From: an uncultured Planctomycetaceae bacterium
GTDB lineage: Bacteria; Planctomycetota; Planctomycetia; Planctomycetales; Planctomycetaceae
Assembly: GCA_963815195.1 (NCBI GenBank)
Contig: CAWFGE010000008.1
Location: 480,001-544,000, forward strand
Direction: 5' to 3'
DNA length: 64,000 nt
Of this stretch, positions 43,935 to 55,510 are shown piece by piece. The position numbers and the translations under genes were made by a program. Every line of letters starts with the position of its first letter. Positions within the stretch are counted from its first letter, which is position 1. The notes below the pieces were generated by a model that was not told where the DNA came from, searched no databases, and saw nothing but the letters and a program-made list of their open reading frames with translations.

Positions 43935-44999
43935 TCACTTCTTCGAAAGCGTCTCTGCGATTTTTTCCAGCTTCAAGTCGCGGGCCAGATCCAATGCCGT
44001 CTTTCCGTCCTTGTTTTTTTTATTCCGATCCGGCTGCGATTTCAATAACTCTTCCACAATATCCAAATGATCCGTCGCCACCGCCAGGTGTAATGGTGTA
44101 TCCTGATTCTTGGTTTGGGCGTTGATGTCGGCCCCTTGCTCTAACAGGAACGCCACCATTTTGGAGTGACCGTGGGCGGCGGCGAGGTGCAGCGGGGTTT
44201 CGCCTTCCTTGGTCGCGGCTTTTAGATTCGCCTTGTTTTCCAGGAGCAGCTTGAGCACATCCAACGCCCCCTGCCGGGCCGCGATGTGAATGGGCGCCTC
44301 GTCCTTCGGCTGGGCGTTCACGTCGGCTTTGTGCTCGATCAGCATTTTGGCGATCTCGAGCTGATTGTTGTAAGCCGCCATATGGAGCGCCGTGTGCCCA
44401 TTCGCGTCGGCCAGTTTGGCGTCGGCTTTGTGATCGAGCAAGATTTTCGCGATGGTCTTCGATCCATTGAATGCCGCCCAGTGCAGCGGGGTCTGGTCCA
44501 GGTCGGACCGGGCATCGATCGGGGCCTTGTGGTTTAAGAGGGCCGTCACAATCTTGGGATCGTTCGCCTCGACCGCGTGATGCAGCGGCGTGTACTTCTT
44601 GGCGTCCAAAGCCTTCACGTCCGCCTTGGCGTTCAACAACATCGTCACAATCTCGCCGTGGGCTTCGGTGCAGGCCAGATGCAGCGGGGTGTAATTGTTT
44701 TTCGACTTGGGATCGACCGTGGCTTTGTTCTTGAGCAGAAACTCGGCGATCTCCTTCTGATTCAAGAGGGCCGCATAATGCAGCGGGCGGAGTCCGCTTT
44801 CGTCGGCCGCTTCGATCAATTTGGGATCGGATTCGACCAGCTTTTTGATCGCCGGCAGCTTGCCTTCCGCGACCGCCTCGTGAATCTCCCCCGCTCGAAG
44901 AGTGGCCGCCATTTGCCAGCCCGCCAGGAGCATCGCCCACAAACACAACCGCCGGCATCGGCCACGCGGGAAAACGGATAGCGAGCAAATCTTCATCAA
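43935..44999 (-). CDS. Exported ankyrin-repeat protein (about 9-10 repeats)
   Basis: Repeated TPLH.A...G......LL...ADVNA; signal peptide. Confidence 0.96.
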   Translation of the reverse strand: MMKICSLSVFPRGRCRRLCLWAMLLAGWQMAATLRAGEIHEAVAEGKLPAIKKLVESDPKLIEAADESGLRPLHYAALLNQKEIAEFLLKNKATVDPKSKNNYTPLHLACTEAHGEIVTMLLNAKADVKALDAKKYTPLHHAVEANDPKIVTALLNHKAPIDARSDLDQTPLHWAAFNGSKTIAKILLDHKADAKLADANGHTALHMAAYNNQLEIAKMLIEHKADVNAQPKDEAPIHIAARQGALDVLKLLLENKANLKAATKEGETPLHLAAAHGHSKMVAFLLEQGADINAQTKNQDTPLHLAVATDHLDIVEELLKSQPDRNKKNKDGKTALDLARDLKLEKIAETLSKK

Positions 45000-45324
45000 A
45001 ACAACTCTCGCAAGAGACCCGGCCGGAATGGAAATCGAGGGCGTACAGGCTCTCGAACCCTATCACGATACCCGGTTGTTCGGCCCGATACCAATAGTGG
45101 TCATTCATAGCGTATGACATTTTTACCAAGGGTTAGAAGATTTGTCGATCGAAAAGTTCCGCAAAAACCCGGGCCGTTTGCCGGTTTTCCCGGAGATGCC
45201 TGGCTGAGCAATCATCGTGAGTGCACCCGCGGGCGGGGGTTTCGGTTCTTTTCCCGCGCGGGTTTGATATGATGGGCGGGAACGTTGATGCAGTCTGGAT
45301 GACGACTTTCCAACAGGTGCGATA

Positions 45325-47163
45325 ATGCAGCGAACGGCGATTGGAATCTGTCTTCTCGCATTGGCCTTGATTTGGGGCACACGCAAACCCCAAGCCCAGG
45401 AACCCGGATCGAAATCCGATCCTCAATCGGCAACGTCTCCCAACCAGGAACCGGACCGCTCGCCGGTGGATGTCGCCCTCTCGCCGGGGGGTGCCTGGCT
45501 CGTGACGGCCAACCAAACAGCCGGCAGCGTTTCGCTCGTCGATGTTGCCGAGCAAAAAGTTCTCGACGAAATCTCCGTGGGCGAGCATCCGGCGTTTATC
45601 ACGCTTTGCCCGGACGGGCGGACCGTGTTGGTCAGCTGCGAATATGCCGGGACAGTCGCGGTGCTGATGGTGGACGGGGGAAAGCTCAAACTCCTGGGCG
45701 AGATCGCGGTGGGTTTCCAGCCTTGCGGGATTGCCGTCGCTCCCAAGGGAACCACCGCATTCGTCGGTCTGGTCGCGACGGGAGAAGTCGCCGAGGTGGA
45801 TTGGAAGACCCTAAAAGTTCTGAGGCGGTTTGAGGCGGGGCATTGGCCGCGGTATCTCACGTTGTCTCCGGACGGCAAACGCCTGGCGGTGGGCCTCGCC
45901 GGGGAATCGCGGGTGGTCGTGCTCGATGCCGAGACGGGAAAGGAACTGCACGAGAACCGTTTGATCGGCGGGATCAATTTCGGGCACATGCAGTCCTCGG
46001 CCGACGGCAAGTTTGCCTACATGCCCTGGATGGTTTACCGCAGCAATCCGATCACCGAGCGGAACATTCGCCTGGGCTGGGTGCTCGCCAGCCGGATTGC
46101 CCGCGTGCGGATGGACGAAGAAGCGTACCGCGAAGCGATCTCGCTCGATGTCCCCCGCGAAGCCATCGCGGACCCGCACGGACTCGCGATCAGCCGGGAT
46201 GAAAAACGCCTGGTCGTTTCCGCGGCCGGGACGCACGAACTCTTGATTTACGGTTTGCCGGATTTGCCGTTCGTCGGCGTGGGCGGGCCGGGCGATTTGA
46301 TCGACCGCCGGCTGTTGAGCAACCGCGACATGTTTTACCGGTTGCCGCTCAAAGGGCGGCCGATGGGTTTGGAGATGGCCGCCGACAGCCGGACCGTCTA
46401 TGTCGCCAACTCGCTCCGCAACTCGGTGCAGGTGGTCGATATTGATGAAGGCACGATCGAGGGCGAAATCTTCCTGGGCGGTTCCCAAACGCCCGCGCTG
46501 GCCCGGCGGGGCGAGGAGATTTTTTATGACGGGGGCCGCAGCTTGGATCAGTGGTATAGTTGCCACACGTGCCATCAAGACGGCGGCACCAACGGCCGGC
46601 CGATGGACACGATGAACGACGGCAGCCGAATGACGTTCAAAACTGTGCTGCCGCTTTACAATGTGCATCACACCAAGCCCTGGACCTGGCACGGCTGGCA
46701 GGAGGATCTCCATAACGCGATGCATAAATCCATGACCTCCACCATGCTCGGCCGAAGCCCCAACGAAGAAGACACCAAAGCTTTGTTGGCGTATTTGGAC
46801 AGCCTGAAACTGCCGCCCAATCCCTTCCGCATGCCCGATGGTTCCTTGACCGCCGCGGCTGCTCGCGGGAAGCAGGTTTTCGAGAGCCGCAAAGCCGGCT
46901 GCGCGAATTGCCACAGCGGTCCCTACTTCACCGACGGCAAAATCCACGATGTGGGGCTGGGTTCGCCGGACGACCAGTATCAAGGCTATAACACGCCTTC
47001 GCTGTTGGGCGTGTATCGGCGGGTGCGGCTCCTGCACCACGGCCGCGCCAAATCGTTGGAAGATCTGCTCACGGACCTTCACGCCCCGGGCAAAGTCGCC
47101 GGCGAAAGCGATCTTTCCGCCGAGGAACTCAAGGATTTGATCGCCTATTTGAAATCCTTGTGA
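45325..47163 (+). CDS. YVTN-type beta-propeller fused to a di-heme cytochrome c (peroxidase-like) domain
   Basis: Signal peptide; repeats SPDG..L.V; heme motifs CHTCH and CANCH; PWTWHG, YNTPSLLG, LLHHGRA. Confidence 0.88.
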   Translation: MQRTAIGICLLALALIWGTRKPQAQEPGSKSDPQSATSPNQEPDRSPVDVALSPGGAWLVTANQTAGSVSLVDVAEQKVLDEISVGEHPAFITLCPDGRTVLVSCEYAGTVAVLMVDGGKLKLLGEIAVGFQPCGIAVAPKGTTAFVGLVATGEVAEVDWKTLKVLRRFEAGHWPRYLTLSPDGKRLAVGLAGESRVVVLDAETGKELHENRLIGGINFGHMQSSADGKFAYMPWMVYRSNPITERNIRLGWVLASRIARVRMDEEAYREAISLDVPREAIADPHGLAISRDEKRLVVSAAGTHELLIYGLPDLPFVGVGGPGDLIDRRLLSNRDMFYRLPLKGRPMGLEMAADSRTVYVANSLRNSVQVVDIDEGTIEGEIFLGGSQTPALARRGEEIFYDGGRSLDQWYSCHTCHQDGGTNGRPMDTMNDGSRMTFKTVLPLYNVHHTKPWTWHGWQEDLHNAMHKSMTSTMLGRSPNEEDTKALLAYLDSLKLPPNPFRMPDGSLTAAAARGKQVFESRKAGCANCHSGPYFTDGKIHDVGLGSPDDQYQGYNTPSLLGVYRRVRLLHHGRAKSLEDLLTDLHAPGKVAGESDLSAEELKDLIAYLKSL

Positions 47164-47196
47164 CGGCTCCACGGGCGACTTGGCGATTGCAGCAGG

Positions 47197-47273
47197 AACC
47201 GGGCTAGCGCCCTGCGGCTAATAAATGCAACAACCAATTCGAACATCCGCCGGAACGCGCGAGCGTCCGGTTT
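47197..47273. repeat. REP-like halves related to the 41380/43850 and 10200 elements
   Basis: AACCGGGCTAGCGCCCTGCGGCTAAT and CCGCCGGAACGCGCGAGCGTCCGGTT. Confidence 0.75.
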
Positions 47274-47359
47274 CACAGAATCAAATTGCCCCGCCGGAGC
47301 GCGCGGGTTTATGATGGATTGTTCCCGGCGTCACCTGAACCCTCTCCGAAACAAAGTCC

Positions 47360-49429
47360 ATGAGCCAATCCGCCGACTCGCCTTCTTCCAAGGAGTTCGA
47401 TTCCGCTCGCAACGAGGAAAACGAGCGGGAAGGTTTGAGCAGCGCCGACCTGCCTTCCGAAGCGGCCCGGCGGATCGACGATCTCTGTGATCGATTCGAA
47501 GCCGCCTGGCGGAGCGATGCCTCGGTGCCGCCGGTCATCGAAGACTTTTGGTCGCTGGCTTGGGAAACCGGCTTATCCAAAACCGAGATGCCGGTGCTGT
47601 TGAAAGAGCTGGTGATCCTCGATTTGAAATACAAGCAGCACGCGGGCCTCTCGGACACCGTGAACCTGGAAGCCTATTTCACGCGGTTCCCCGGCTGCCG
47701 GCCTTGGATTGCCGAGGCATTCCAAATCGCGGGCTTCGAGGTCCCGGCGAGTTTTGTCTCGTCGGTCAGCCAGGAAACGTCCCGCGTGCCGATGGAGACT
47801 TCTTCGGGGTTCAACCTGGTCTCCGAGGGGATGCTTAATGACGTTCGCGCTGCGCAACTCAAAACGACGATCCACGAATTGTCCCTGCAATTGGGCGATT
47901 ACGAAATCCAAGAGCAACTGGGCCAAGGCGGGATGGGCGTGGTGTACCGGGCGTTCGATCCCGTGATGCACCGCACCGTGGCCATCAAGGTGCTGACGGA
48001 AGACCGCACGGGCAGCAAAGAAGCGGTCGAGCGGTTTCGCCGGGAGATCCGCTTGCTCGCCGGTTTGAGCCACGAGAACATCGTCCGCGCCTTCCATGCG
48101 AAAGTCGATCCCGCCACCAACACGCATTACCTCGTAATGGAGCATGTCGAGGGGGTCGATCTGGATGCCCTGGTCCGGCGGCTGGGGCGGCTGTCGATTC
48201 CCGATGCGTGCGAACTCGTCCGCCAGGCCGCCGTCGGCTTGCAGCACGCCCACGAGACCGACCTGATCCACCGGGACATCAAGCCGTCCAATCTGATGCT
48301 CACGTCGCGGGGGCAGGTGAAGGTCCTGGATTTGGGCCTGGCGAGGCTGCGGAGCGCCAATGAAGCCGGCGATCTCGAGCGGCTGACCAATCCGGGCCAG
48401 GTGATGGGCACGGTGCATTTCATGGCCCCGGAACAAGCCACGGAAACGCGGGCCGTGGATATTCGCGCGGATATCTACAGCCTGGGCTGCACGTTGTATA
48501 AGTTTCTCACCGGCGAAACGCCTTACGGAAACGACGAGGGTGCCACGCCGTTGCTGATCATCATGCAGCACGCCAAGGAGGAATTTCCCCGCGTCACGAA
48601 ACGGCGTCCCGAAGTGCCCGCGGGACTGGTGCGCGTGCTTGCGAAAATGGTCGCCAAGTCCCCGGACGACCGACCGAGCACGCCGGCCAAAGTCGCGGCC
48701 CAATTAAAACCCTTGTGCCGGGGCAGCAACCTTCCGGCATTGTTTGAAGCCTACGAAACCGGCACGCTCCCCCCGTCGGTTCCAACGGCGTCGCCGCGAA
48801 AATGGCTTCGGCGGACGTTCGTTGGGGCGCTCTTGATCGCGGGTTTGGGCATTGCCGGCAGCGTCTTTCTGCCTCGGCCGACGCCCGCCGATCCGTCCGT
48901 CGACCTGCTCGCCCTGATCGATGTGAACCGCGATGCCGTCCGGGGCGATTGGGAAAAGGCCGATGGCCTTCTGAAATCCCCGGCGAAACTTCCGCGCGCC
49001 TGCCTGCGGCTGCCCAAAACGCTGCCTGCGGAGTTTCGCTTGGAAATCACGGCGGATCGCAAAGACGGCGTCGACCTGATGTTCGTCAATCGCAGCCGGG
49101 AAACCCCGTTCGCTTTGCGGTTGTCGCAAAAGGCGGTCCCCAAAGCAGATGTCGTCGCCGCCGCGGAAGACGAAGGCCCCGTTCTGCAAAGGCCCTGGGA
49201 CGTCGAAAACCTCTACAATCCGAAGCCCCAGACGTTCGTGTTTCTGGTTCGGAGTGACAAACTGCGGATCGAACGCGACGGAAAGCTGCTCGCCGAGCGG
49301 TCGAACGATCCGCCGCTCCCGGCAAATCTTGACGGCATCCCGAACCGCTTGGGCTTTTATCTGGTGACGGACAGAAGCCAATACGAGTTCCCGCGAATCC
49401 GCCTGCTCCCGCTTGCCGCGGAAGAATAA
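47360..49429 (+). CDS. Membrane-anchored serine/threonine protein kinase
   Basis: LGQGGMGVVY, VAIK, HRDIKPSN, DLGLAR, GTVHFMAPEQ, DIYSLG; TM and C-terminal extracytoplasmic domain. Confidence 0.96.
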   Translation: MSQSADSPSSKEFDSARNEENEREGLSSADLPSEAARRIDDLCDRFEAAWRSDASVPPVIEDFWSLAWETGLSKTEMPVLLKELVILDLKYKQHAGLSDTVNLEAYFTRFPGCRPWIAEAFQIAGFEVPASFVSSVSQETSRVPMETSSGFNLVSEGMLNDVRAAQLKTTIHELSLQLGDYEIQEQLGQGGMGVVYRAFDPVMHRTVAIKVLTEDRTGSKEAVERFRREIRLLAGLSHENIVRAFHAKVDPATNTHYLVMEHVEGVDLDALVRRLGRLSIPDACELVRQAAVGLQHAHETDLIHRDIKPSNLMLTSRGQVKVLDLGLARLRSANEAGDLERLTNPGQVMGTVHFMAPEQATETRAVDIRADIYSLGCTLYKFLTGETPYGNDEGATPLLIIMQHAKEEFPRVTKRRPEVPAGLVRVLAKMVAKSPDDRPSTPAKVAAQLKPLCRGSNLPALFEAYETGTLPPSVPTASPRKWLRRTFVGALLIAGLGIAGSVFLPRPTPADPSVDLLALIDVNRDAVRGDWEKADGLLKSPAKLPRACLRLPKTLPAEFRLEITADRKDGVDLMFVNRSRETPFALRLSQKAVPKADVVAAAEDEGPVLQRPWDVENLYNPKPQTFVFLVRSDKLRIERDGKLLAERSNDPPLPANLDGIPNRLGFYLVTDRSQYEFPRIRLLPLAAEE

Positions 49430-49456
49430 ATCGGCGCTTTGCAAGTCGGCAGGACC

Positions 49457-49537
49457 TGGGTGCCACGCTCCTGAGCGCAGCGAAGGGCGTGGCAATCGCC
49501 TAGACCACGCCCTTCGTTCCTCAGGGCATGCCACCCA
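49457..49537. repeat. REP-like nested palindrome between convergent genes
   Basis: CGAAGGGCGTGG (49481-49492) / CCACGCCCTTCG (49505-49516) inside TGGGTG...CACCCA arms. Confidence 0.8.
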
Positions 49538-49558
49538 AAACTTTCGGCTGAGGAATGA

Positions 49559-52036
49559 TTATCGGCGGAGCGCGGGTTCCACCAGCAATTGCCCTCGGGG
49601 AGAAAGCTCCACCGTCACCGCGCCGTCATCGGATGTCGAGAGCAGCCGAGCCGAGGAACCATAAACCTTTTTGAGTTCCGCCATTCGCCCGGGCACGTGT
49701 CCGCCGGCGACGACCACGACGGCGGGATTCGCCCAATCGGACAGCTCCCGCGTGTTCGCCGTCCGGCTGCCGTGGTGCGGGGCCTGCATAATGTCGATCG
49801 AGCCGGTTTCGCTCGCCATCAGGTCATCCAGGCCTTCGCGTTCGACATCGCCCATCAACAACAAACTCCGCCCGGCGTGCGTGAAGCGAACCACGAGGCT
49901 GTTCGCGTTGCTGTGGGCATACACCGTCCGCGGGTCGGGATGCAGGACTTCCACGCGGACCGATGGATCGAACGCCAACCGGTCCTCCTTGCCGATGGTG
50001 CGGATGGGGATCTTCTCCCGCACCAACCGCTCGACCAGATACGGCACGACGGCTTGCGGGGATTTGAGCAGCGGCTGCGCCAGGAACACCTGGGCGACGG
50101 GAACTTCCTCGGCGAGCCGGGGTATCGCATTGACGTGATCCAGATCGCCGTGCGAAACCGCGATGGCATCCAGGCGCGTGATGCCGCGCTCCCAGAGGGC
50201 GCTTCGGACCACGCGAAACGCCCGCTCGCCGTCGTCCAACGCTCCTGCATCGAACAGCAGCGTCTTTCCATTGGGAAACTCCACCAGAATCGCCGAGCCA
50301 TGCCCCACCGAAAGAAACGTGCACCGTAAACCCGGCGGAGCGTCCGGGACCGTGGCAACGCCCAGACCCCAGGCCGTCCAGCCCAAGATGGCGACCGCCC
50401 CCCCAAACCGCGGCCGCGAGATCCTGGGCCCCCAATAATACAGCCCCGCGAGCAGCGAATAATAACCGAAGAGCCACCAGCCCGGCGGACCGGCGACGTA
50501 CAAATGCCCCAACCGCACGCCCGCGCCCCACTCCACGAGATGCAAAAACAGCGTAAGCCCCCAATCCAAAGGAACCGCAAACACGGCCGCGGCCGCCGGC
50601 ATTATCCAACCCAAGAGCAGCGTGATATACCCCCACCACAACAGCCCGACCACCAGCGGGATCAACACGATGTTGAGCAGAAACCCGATGGGCGAGATCA
50701 GATGAAACTCCGCCGCGATCAAAGGCCCCGTCAACAGCCAGATCCCGAGCATCACGGCCCAGGACTTCCACAGAACCCCCCAGAGGCGCTTCGCGAATTG
50801 AACCAGCCGATTCTCCAATTCGGATTCATCCGGAGCCAACTTGGGGCGGCGCGGGGCCGGAAACCAGCGTGCGGCGACGAGGATTCCCATCACCGCCAGA
50901 AACGACAGTTGAGTGCCGACGTCGAACAGGTTCGTCGGATTCCAGCCGAGAATCACCAACGCCGCGATCGCCAGGATATTGTGCGGATGCGATTGCTTAT
51001 CGGCGAGCCGACCCAGTCCGGCGATCGCGAGCAGCACCGCCGCCCGCACGATGGGAGGCCGGCCGCCCGAGATGACCGCCAACCCCAAAACCGCGAGTAA
51101 CATAAGCAGCGTGGCCTTCGTTGCCGAGACATTGAGCAGCCGGCAAATCAGCCACACCAGGCCTGCGAGGATCCCCACGTGGAGCCCCGACAAAGCCAAA
51201 ACGTGCATCATGCCGCTTTCGGCAAACGCCGTCCGTAGATCTTCCGGCAAAGAAGATCGGCTGCCCATGAGCAGCGCCCGAGCGACTTGGGCGTTTCGCG
51301 GGTGAAGCGAGGCATTCAAAACTCGCTCGCCGCGCATGCGGAACTCATCCACCCGCCGGCTCAGGCTGCCTTCCGCGTCCTGCGAAATCCGCGTGACGGC
51401 CGCGGGATCGCCCACGCGAAGAATGCACTCGATGCGATCGTGCTTGAGATAATTCCCAAAGTCGTAGTCCCCGGGATTCGCCGGCGGCGAGGGTTTCGAC
51501 GCCCAGCCAAACACCTCGACGGCATCGGCCACGCGGAGCTTTGAAACACGGCCGCTCACGCGCACCTGAACTTGCCCGCGAACCGGAACGAACCGCGGCC
51601 CGTCTTTCAGCGATTCAGAGCGGAGTGTCAGAATCGTCGTATCGGTTGCGGGAAAGGCGGAGCGGAACGGTGTCTCGCTTTTGACTCTCAGCATCGGCGG
51701 CTCGGCGATCGTTCCTCGCAGCCGAACCAGCCGGGATTCCTCGCTGACGAACCGGGAAATGTCATCGACCGACGACAGCGACCAGAACGCATGATGCCGA
51801 ATTCCGCCCAGGCAAAGCCAGCACCCGCACAAAGTCGCGGCGACGATCTTCAGCCGGCGCTCTTTCGCCCCCCAAACCGCGACCGCCGCGCAAACCACGC
51901 TGGCGAAAACCCAACTCCACCAAGTAAACCGTCCCACGAAGCGATCGAGCACAATCCCCGCCGCAAAACTCACTGCCACCGGCACAGCGGGTTGCCGAAC
52001 TCGCATCAGGGAAATGTCGGCCGGTGAGGAAAACAT
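49559..52036 (-). CDS. comEC: DNA internalization competence protein ComEC/Rec2
   Basis: NPGDYDF, GMMHVLALSGLHVG, GTQLSFLAV, MBL domain VGHG...SHGDLDH...PHHGS. Confidence 0.95.
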   Translation of the reverse strand: MFSSPADISLMRVRQPAVPVAVSFAAGIVLDRFVGRFTWWSWVFASVVCAAVAVWGAKERRLKIVAATLCGCWLCLGGIRHHAFWSLSSVDDISRFVSEESRLVRLRGTIAEPPMLRVKSETPFRSAFPATDTTILTLRSESLKDGPRFVPVRGQVQVRVSGRVSKLRVADAVEVFGWASKPSPPANPGDYDFGNYLKHDRIECILRVGDPAAVTRISQDAEGSLSRRVDEFRMRGERVLNASLHPRNAQVARALLMGSRSSLPEDLRTAFAESGMMHVLALSGLHVGILAGLVWLICRLLNVSATKATLLMLLAVLGLAVISGGRPPIVRAAVLLAIAGLGRLADKQSHPHNILAIAALVILGWNPTNLFDVGTQLSFLAVMGILVAARWFPAPRRPKLAPDESELENRLVQFAKRLWGVLWKSWAVMLGIWLLTGPLIAAEFHLISPIGFLLNIVLIPLVVGLLWWGYITLLLGWIMPAAAAVFAVPLDWGLTLFLHLVEWGAGVRLGHLYVAGPPGWWLFGYYSLLAGLYYWGPRISRPRFGGAVAILGWTAWGLGVATVPDAPPGLRCTFLSVGHGSAILVEFPNGKTLLFDAGALDDGERAFRVVRSALWERGITRLDAIAVSHGDLDHVNAIPRLAEEVPVAQVFLAQPLLKSPQAVVPYLVERLVREKIPIRTIGKEDRLAFDPSVRVEVLHPDPRTVYAHSNANSLVVRFTHAGRSLLLMGDVEREGLDDLMASETGSIDIMQAPHHGSRTANTRELSDWANPAVVVVAGGHVPGRMAELKKVYGSSARLLSTSDDGAVTVELSPRGQLLVEPALRR

Positions 52037-52050
52037 GGCGCGGCAGCCAT

Positions 52051-52208
52051 CCCTCGTTCCCAAGCTCCCGCTTGGAAACGGACTCTAAGAAACTCCGCTT
52101 CGCAACGCGTTCATAAACCAATCAACCCGGTGAGGCTCCGTCGTCACCGATTGGAGATCGAGTCGCCCGACGCTTCACACGTTGCCGGGCAGAGCTTGGG
52201 AACAAGGG
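52051..52208. repeat. REP-like inverted pair (TCGTTCCCAAGCTC type)
   Basis: CCCTCGTTCCCAAGCTC 52051-52067 / GAGCTTGGGAACAAGGG 52192-52208. Confidence 0.8.
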
Positions 52209-52242
52209 GAAACTGAATTTTGGATTGCGTGGTCGATAACTC

Positions 52243-53609
52243 TTACAATCGCAGGCCGCGGAGTTGGCCGGTGCTGTCGCCGATGAAGGGGGCCGGGGCG
52301 CCCAGCCGGCGAGCATCGACAGGAACAGGTTGCACATCGGGGTTTCTTCTTCGTAGCGGACGTGCCGGCCGGGATCGATCGTGCCGCCGCCGCGGCCGGC
52401 CAAGCAGCATGGGCAGGTTTTCGTTGTTGTGGCGGTTGCCGTCGCTGAGGCCGCTGCCGTAGCACGATCATGCAGTTGTCGAGCAGCGTGCCTTCGCCTT
52501 CGCTGATCGGATTTGAGCCTCCGCAGCAGGTACGCGAACTGGCTGACGTGGAAGCGGTTGATCTGGCGGATCTTGGCGTGCTTTTGCGGATCGTCGCCGT
52601 GGTGCGACAGATCGTGATGCCCGTCCGAAACGCCGATGTTCCGATAACTGCGGTTGCTGCCGGCGTTGGCGAACATGAACGTGGCGATGCGGGTGGAATC
52701 GGTCTGGAACGCCAGCACCAGCATGTCGCTCATCAGCTTGCAGATGCTCGGCATATTCGCGGGGAATGCCCGCGGGCAGCGGATAGTCGATCTCCGGGGA
52801 AACGGCCGGTTCGGCCTCGGCCGCGCTCGAGCCGCTGTTCGATCTCGCGGACGCCGGTCAGGTATTCATCGAGCTTGCGGTTGTCGTTGCCGCCGAGTTT
52901 GCGTTTGCAGCTTGCTGCGCGTCCTCGGCGACGAAGTCGAGAATGCTCTTCTTGCAGGGCCTGCCGGCGGGCGAGGCTGCGCGTCGGCTTCGCGGCGAAT
53001 TGCCGGTCGAGAACAGCCGCTCGAACACGGCCCGGGGATCGGTTTCCTTGCCCATCGGCGAGGCTTCCGACGGCCCAGGAGATGTTCGACGAATAGGCGC
53101 AGCTATAGCCCGAATCGCAGTTGCCCGCGCCGCGGCCGCGCTCGCAGCCGAGTTCCAGCGAAGCGAACCGCGTGGCCTTGCCGATGGCCTGGGCGGCGAA
53201 CTGGTCGACGGAAATCCCCGAGCGGATGTTCGATCCCGACGTTTTCCGCGGCTGGGCACCGGTGAGGAACACCGAGGCGCTGCGGGCATGGTCGCCGGGG
53301 CCGTCGCCGTTGGCCCGGCCTTTGTCGTGCGTCAGGCCGCTGAGCACCGCGATGTCTTCCTGCACCTCGGCCAGGGGTTCCAGAATGTAAGGCAACTCAA
53401 AGCCGAAGCCTTCGGTGGCGGGCGTCCAGTCCGGCAGGTGCACGCCGTTGGGAACGAAGAGAAACGCCATCCGCTTGGGCGGGGTTGCGGTTATTCACAG
53501 TCCCGGCGACCGCGCGCCACGGCCGGCGAGCGATTCCAGCCACGGCAAGCCCAGCGAGATTCCCAGACCTTTGAGTGCGACCGGCGGGACAGCGATAAGG
53601 CCCTGGCAT
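52243..53609 (-). CDS. DUF1552 domain protein (many frameshifts)
   Basis: Pieces across frames: LGLPWLES, FLFVPNGVH, SGISVDQ, CDSGYSCAY..NISW, KLDEYLTGVREIE, AFQTDSTRIAT, HHDLSHH, PMCNLFLSML, GDSTG. Confidence 0.88.
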
Positions 53610-53611
53610 GA

Positions 53612-55510
53612 TTAGTCTCCTTTGGCTTCTCGGAGTCGGAAGGGATCGCTGAGCACGATGGACGTGACAAGCGCACTGAACCGATAATCCTCTGTTGCTA
53701 GATTATCGACAATTTCATTCACCGCACAACGGTCGAACGGACTGCAATTCCCGGCCCAGGGCATAGGTCAGCAGCTTGCGGGCCAGGCAGTCGGCAGAAG
53801 GCGTCTCGCTTCTGATCCACCAGAATCTTGACCATCTCGGCGGCACCGCGGAAGTCTTTTCCGCCGGGGAGCGTTCCGGAGGAGTCGATCTCGAACCGGC
53901 CGTCTTTGTCCCGCCAGGCCCCGGTGACGTCGAAGTTCTCCAGCCCGAAGCCCAGCGCATCCATCTTGCGATGGCAGACCGCGCAGGATTCGTTGGCCCG
54001 GTGCTGCTCCATGCGTTCCCGCAAGCGAACCGAGGGTCTCGGCGTCTTCGCTCAGTTCCTGCACGCCCGCGGGCGGCGGGGGCGGCGGCTCGTCGAGAAT
54101 GTTTTCCAGAATCCATTTGCCCCGTTTCACCGGCGAGGTCCGCGTGGGGTTCGAGGTGATCAGCAGAATGCTGGCGTGGGTGAGCACGCCCCGCCGCTCG
54201 GCCGGCAGCTTCACCCGGCGGAAGTCGTCGCCTGCAATGCCTGTGATGCCGTAATGCTTCGCCAGGCGTTCGTTCAAGAAGCTGTAATCCGCTTTCAAGA
54301 ACTCCAGGACGCTCCGGTCACTTTGGACGACATCTTCGAAAAAGAGTTCCGTCTCCCGCCGCATCGCCGAGCGAAGGGCCGGGTCGAAATTCGGGAACTG
54401 CTCCGCGGCCGGCGTGACCGTCGCGACGCTCCGCAGTTGCAGCCATTGCCCGGCGAAGTTTTTGGTGAGGGCGACGGCTTTGGGATCCCCCAGCATCCGC
54501 CGCGTTTGGGCTTTGAGAACTTCGGGATCGTGGAGTTTCTGTGCCTTCGCGAGCCGGAACAATTCCGCATCGGGCATGCTGCTCCAGAGGAAATACGACA
54601 GCCGGGACGCGAGTTCGTAATCGTCCAGTTCGCGGATGCGGTCGGCATCGTCCGGCGGAGGATCCTTTTCCACGCGAAACAGAAAACGCGGCGACACGAG
54701 AATCGCCGTCATCACCCCTTGGAAGGCTTCTTCGGTCGAGCCGCCCGCTTGCCGGGTTTGCTCCGCGAGCTTCACGAACCGCTCGGCCTCATCTTGAGTC
54801 AGCGGCCGGCGAAACGCCCGCGCCCCAAAGTCTTCGATGTTTCGCTTCAAGGCGTCGGCTTCGCTCAGCTTTTCGCCGGGAACGTGGATCATCACCTTCT
54901 TGCGGGCCGCTTCATCCTCGAAGACTCTCTCGACAATCGTCTGGGCCGCGGCGAAATATTTTTCGATTAATAGCGGCGGCAAGGAAAGCACGTCGCCGAT
55001 GTTGTCGAACCCGCCGCCCACATCATCGGACGGAAACCCCGCCGCGAGCTTGAGGTCGAGCCCCACCAGATCCCGGACGGTGTTGTTGTACTCAGGCCGG
55101 TTCAGCCGGCGGATCGTCACGCGGCCGGGATGGCGATCTTTGCTGCAATCGTAGCGGCCTTGCTCGGCTTTGAGGGCCGCGATGACTTTCTGAAGCTCGG
55201 CTTCGGCAGGCTTGGGCGAATCCTCCGGCGGCATCTGGCGTTCCGTCAGCATCCGCAGGACTTTTTCCCAGACCTCATAATCGGTCTGGACATTGGAGGA
55301 TTTCTGATATTTTTCGAGGGCCAAGCCCGATTCCGGCTCCTTCAGACCGTGGCAGTCGTAGCAGTGCTTCTTCAAAAACGGCACCACATCCTGCACAAAT
55401 GACGACTCCGCCACAGGCTGGAGCGGCGGCGGCTCCGCCGGGGCTTCTTGTGCGCAAAGCACTGTGCCCCAAAGGGTTACGAAAGACAACCAACGAAAAA
55501 TCGGTCGCAA
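53612..55510 (-). CDS. DUF1592/DUF1588-family planctomycete cytochrome c protein (several frameshifts in the 3' part)
   Basis: CYDCH, RRLNRPEYNNTVRDL, GFDN, ELASRLSYFLWSSMPD, FAGQWL, RTSPVKRGKW / CAVCH, GFGLENFD / LLTYALGR / IVLSDPFR. Confidence 0.92.

Noticed and set aside
43935..49429. Ankyrin, propeller-cytochrome and Ser/Thr kinase genes as one eukaryote-like system
   Set aside because: Different orientations, separated by repeats; each family is common in planctomycetes
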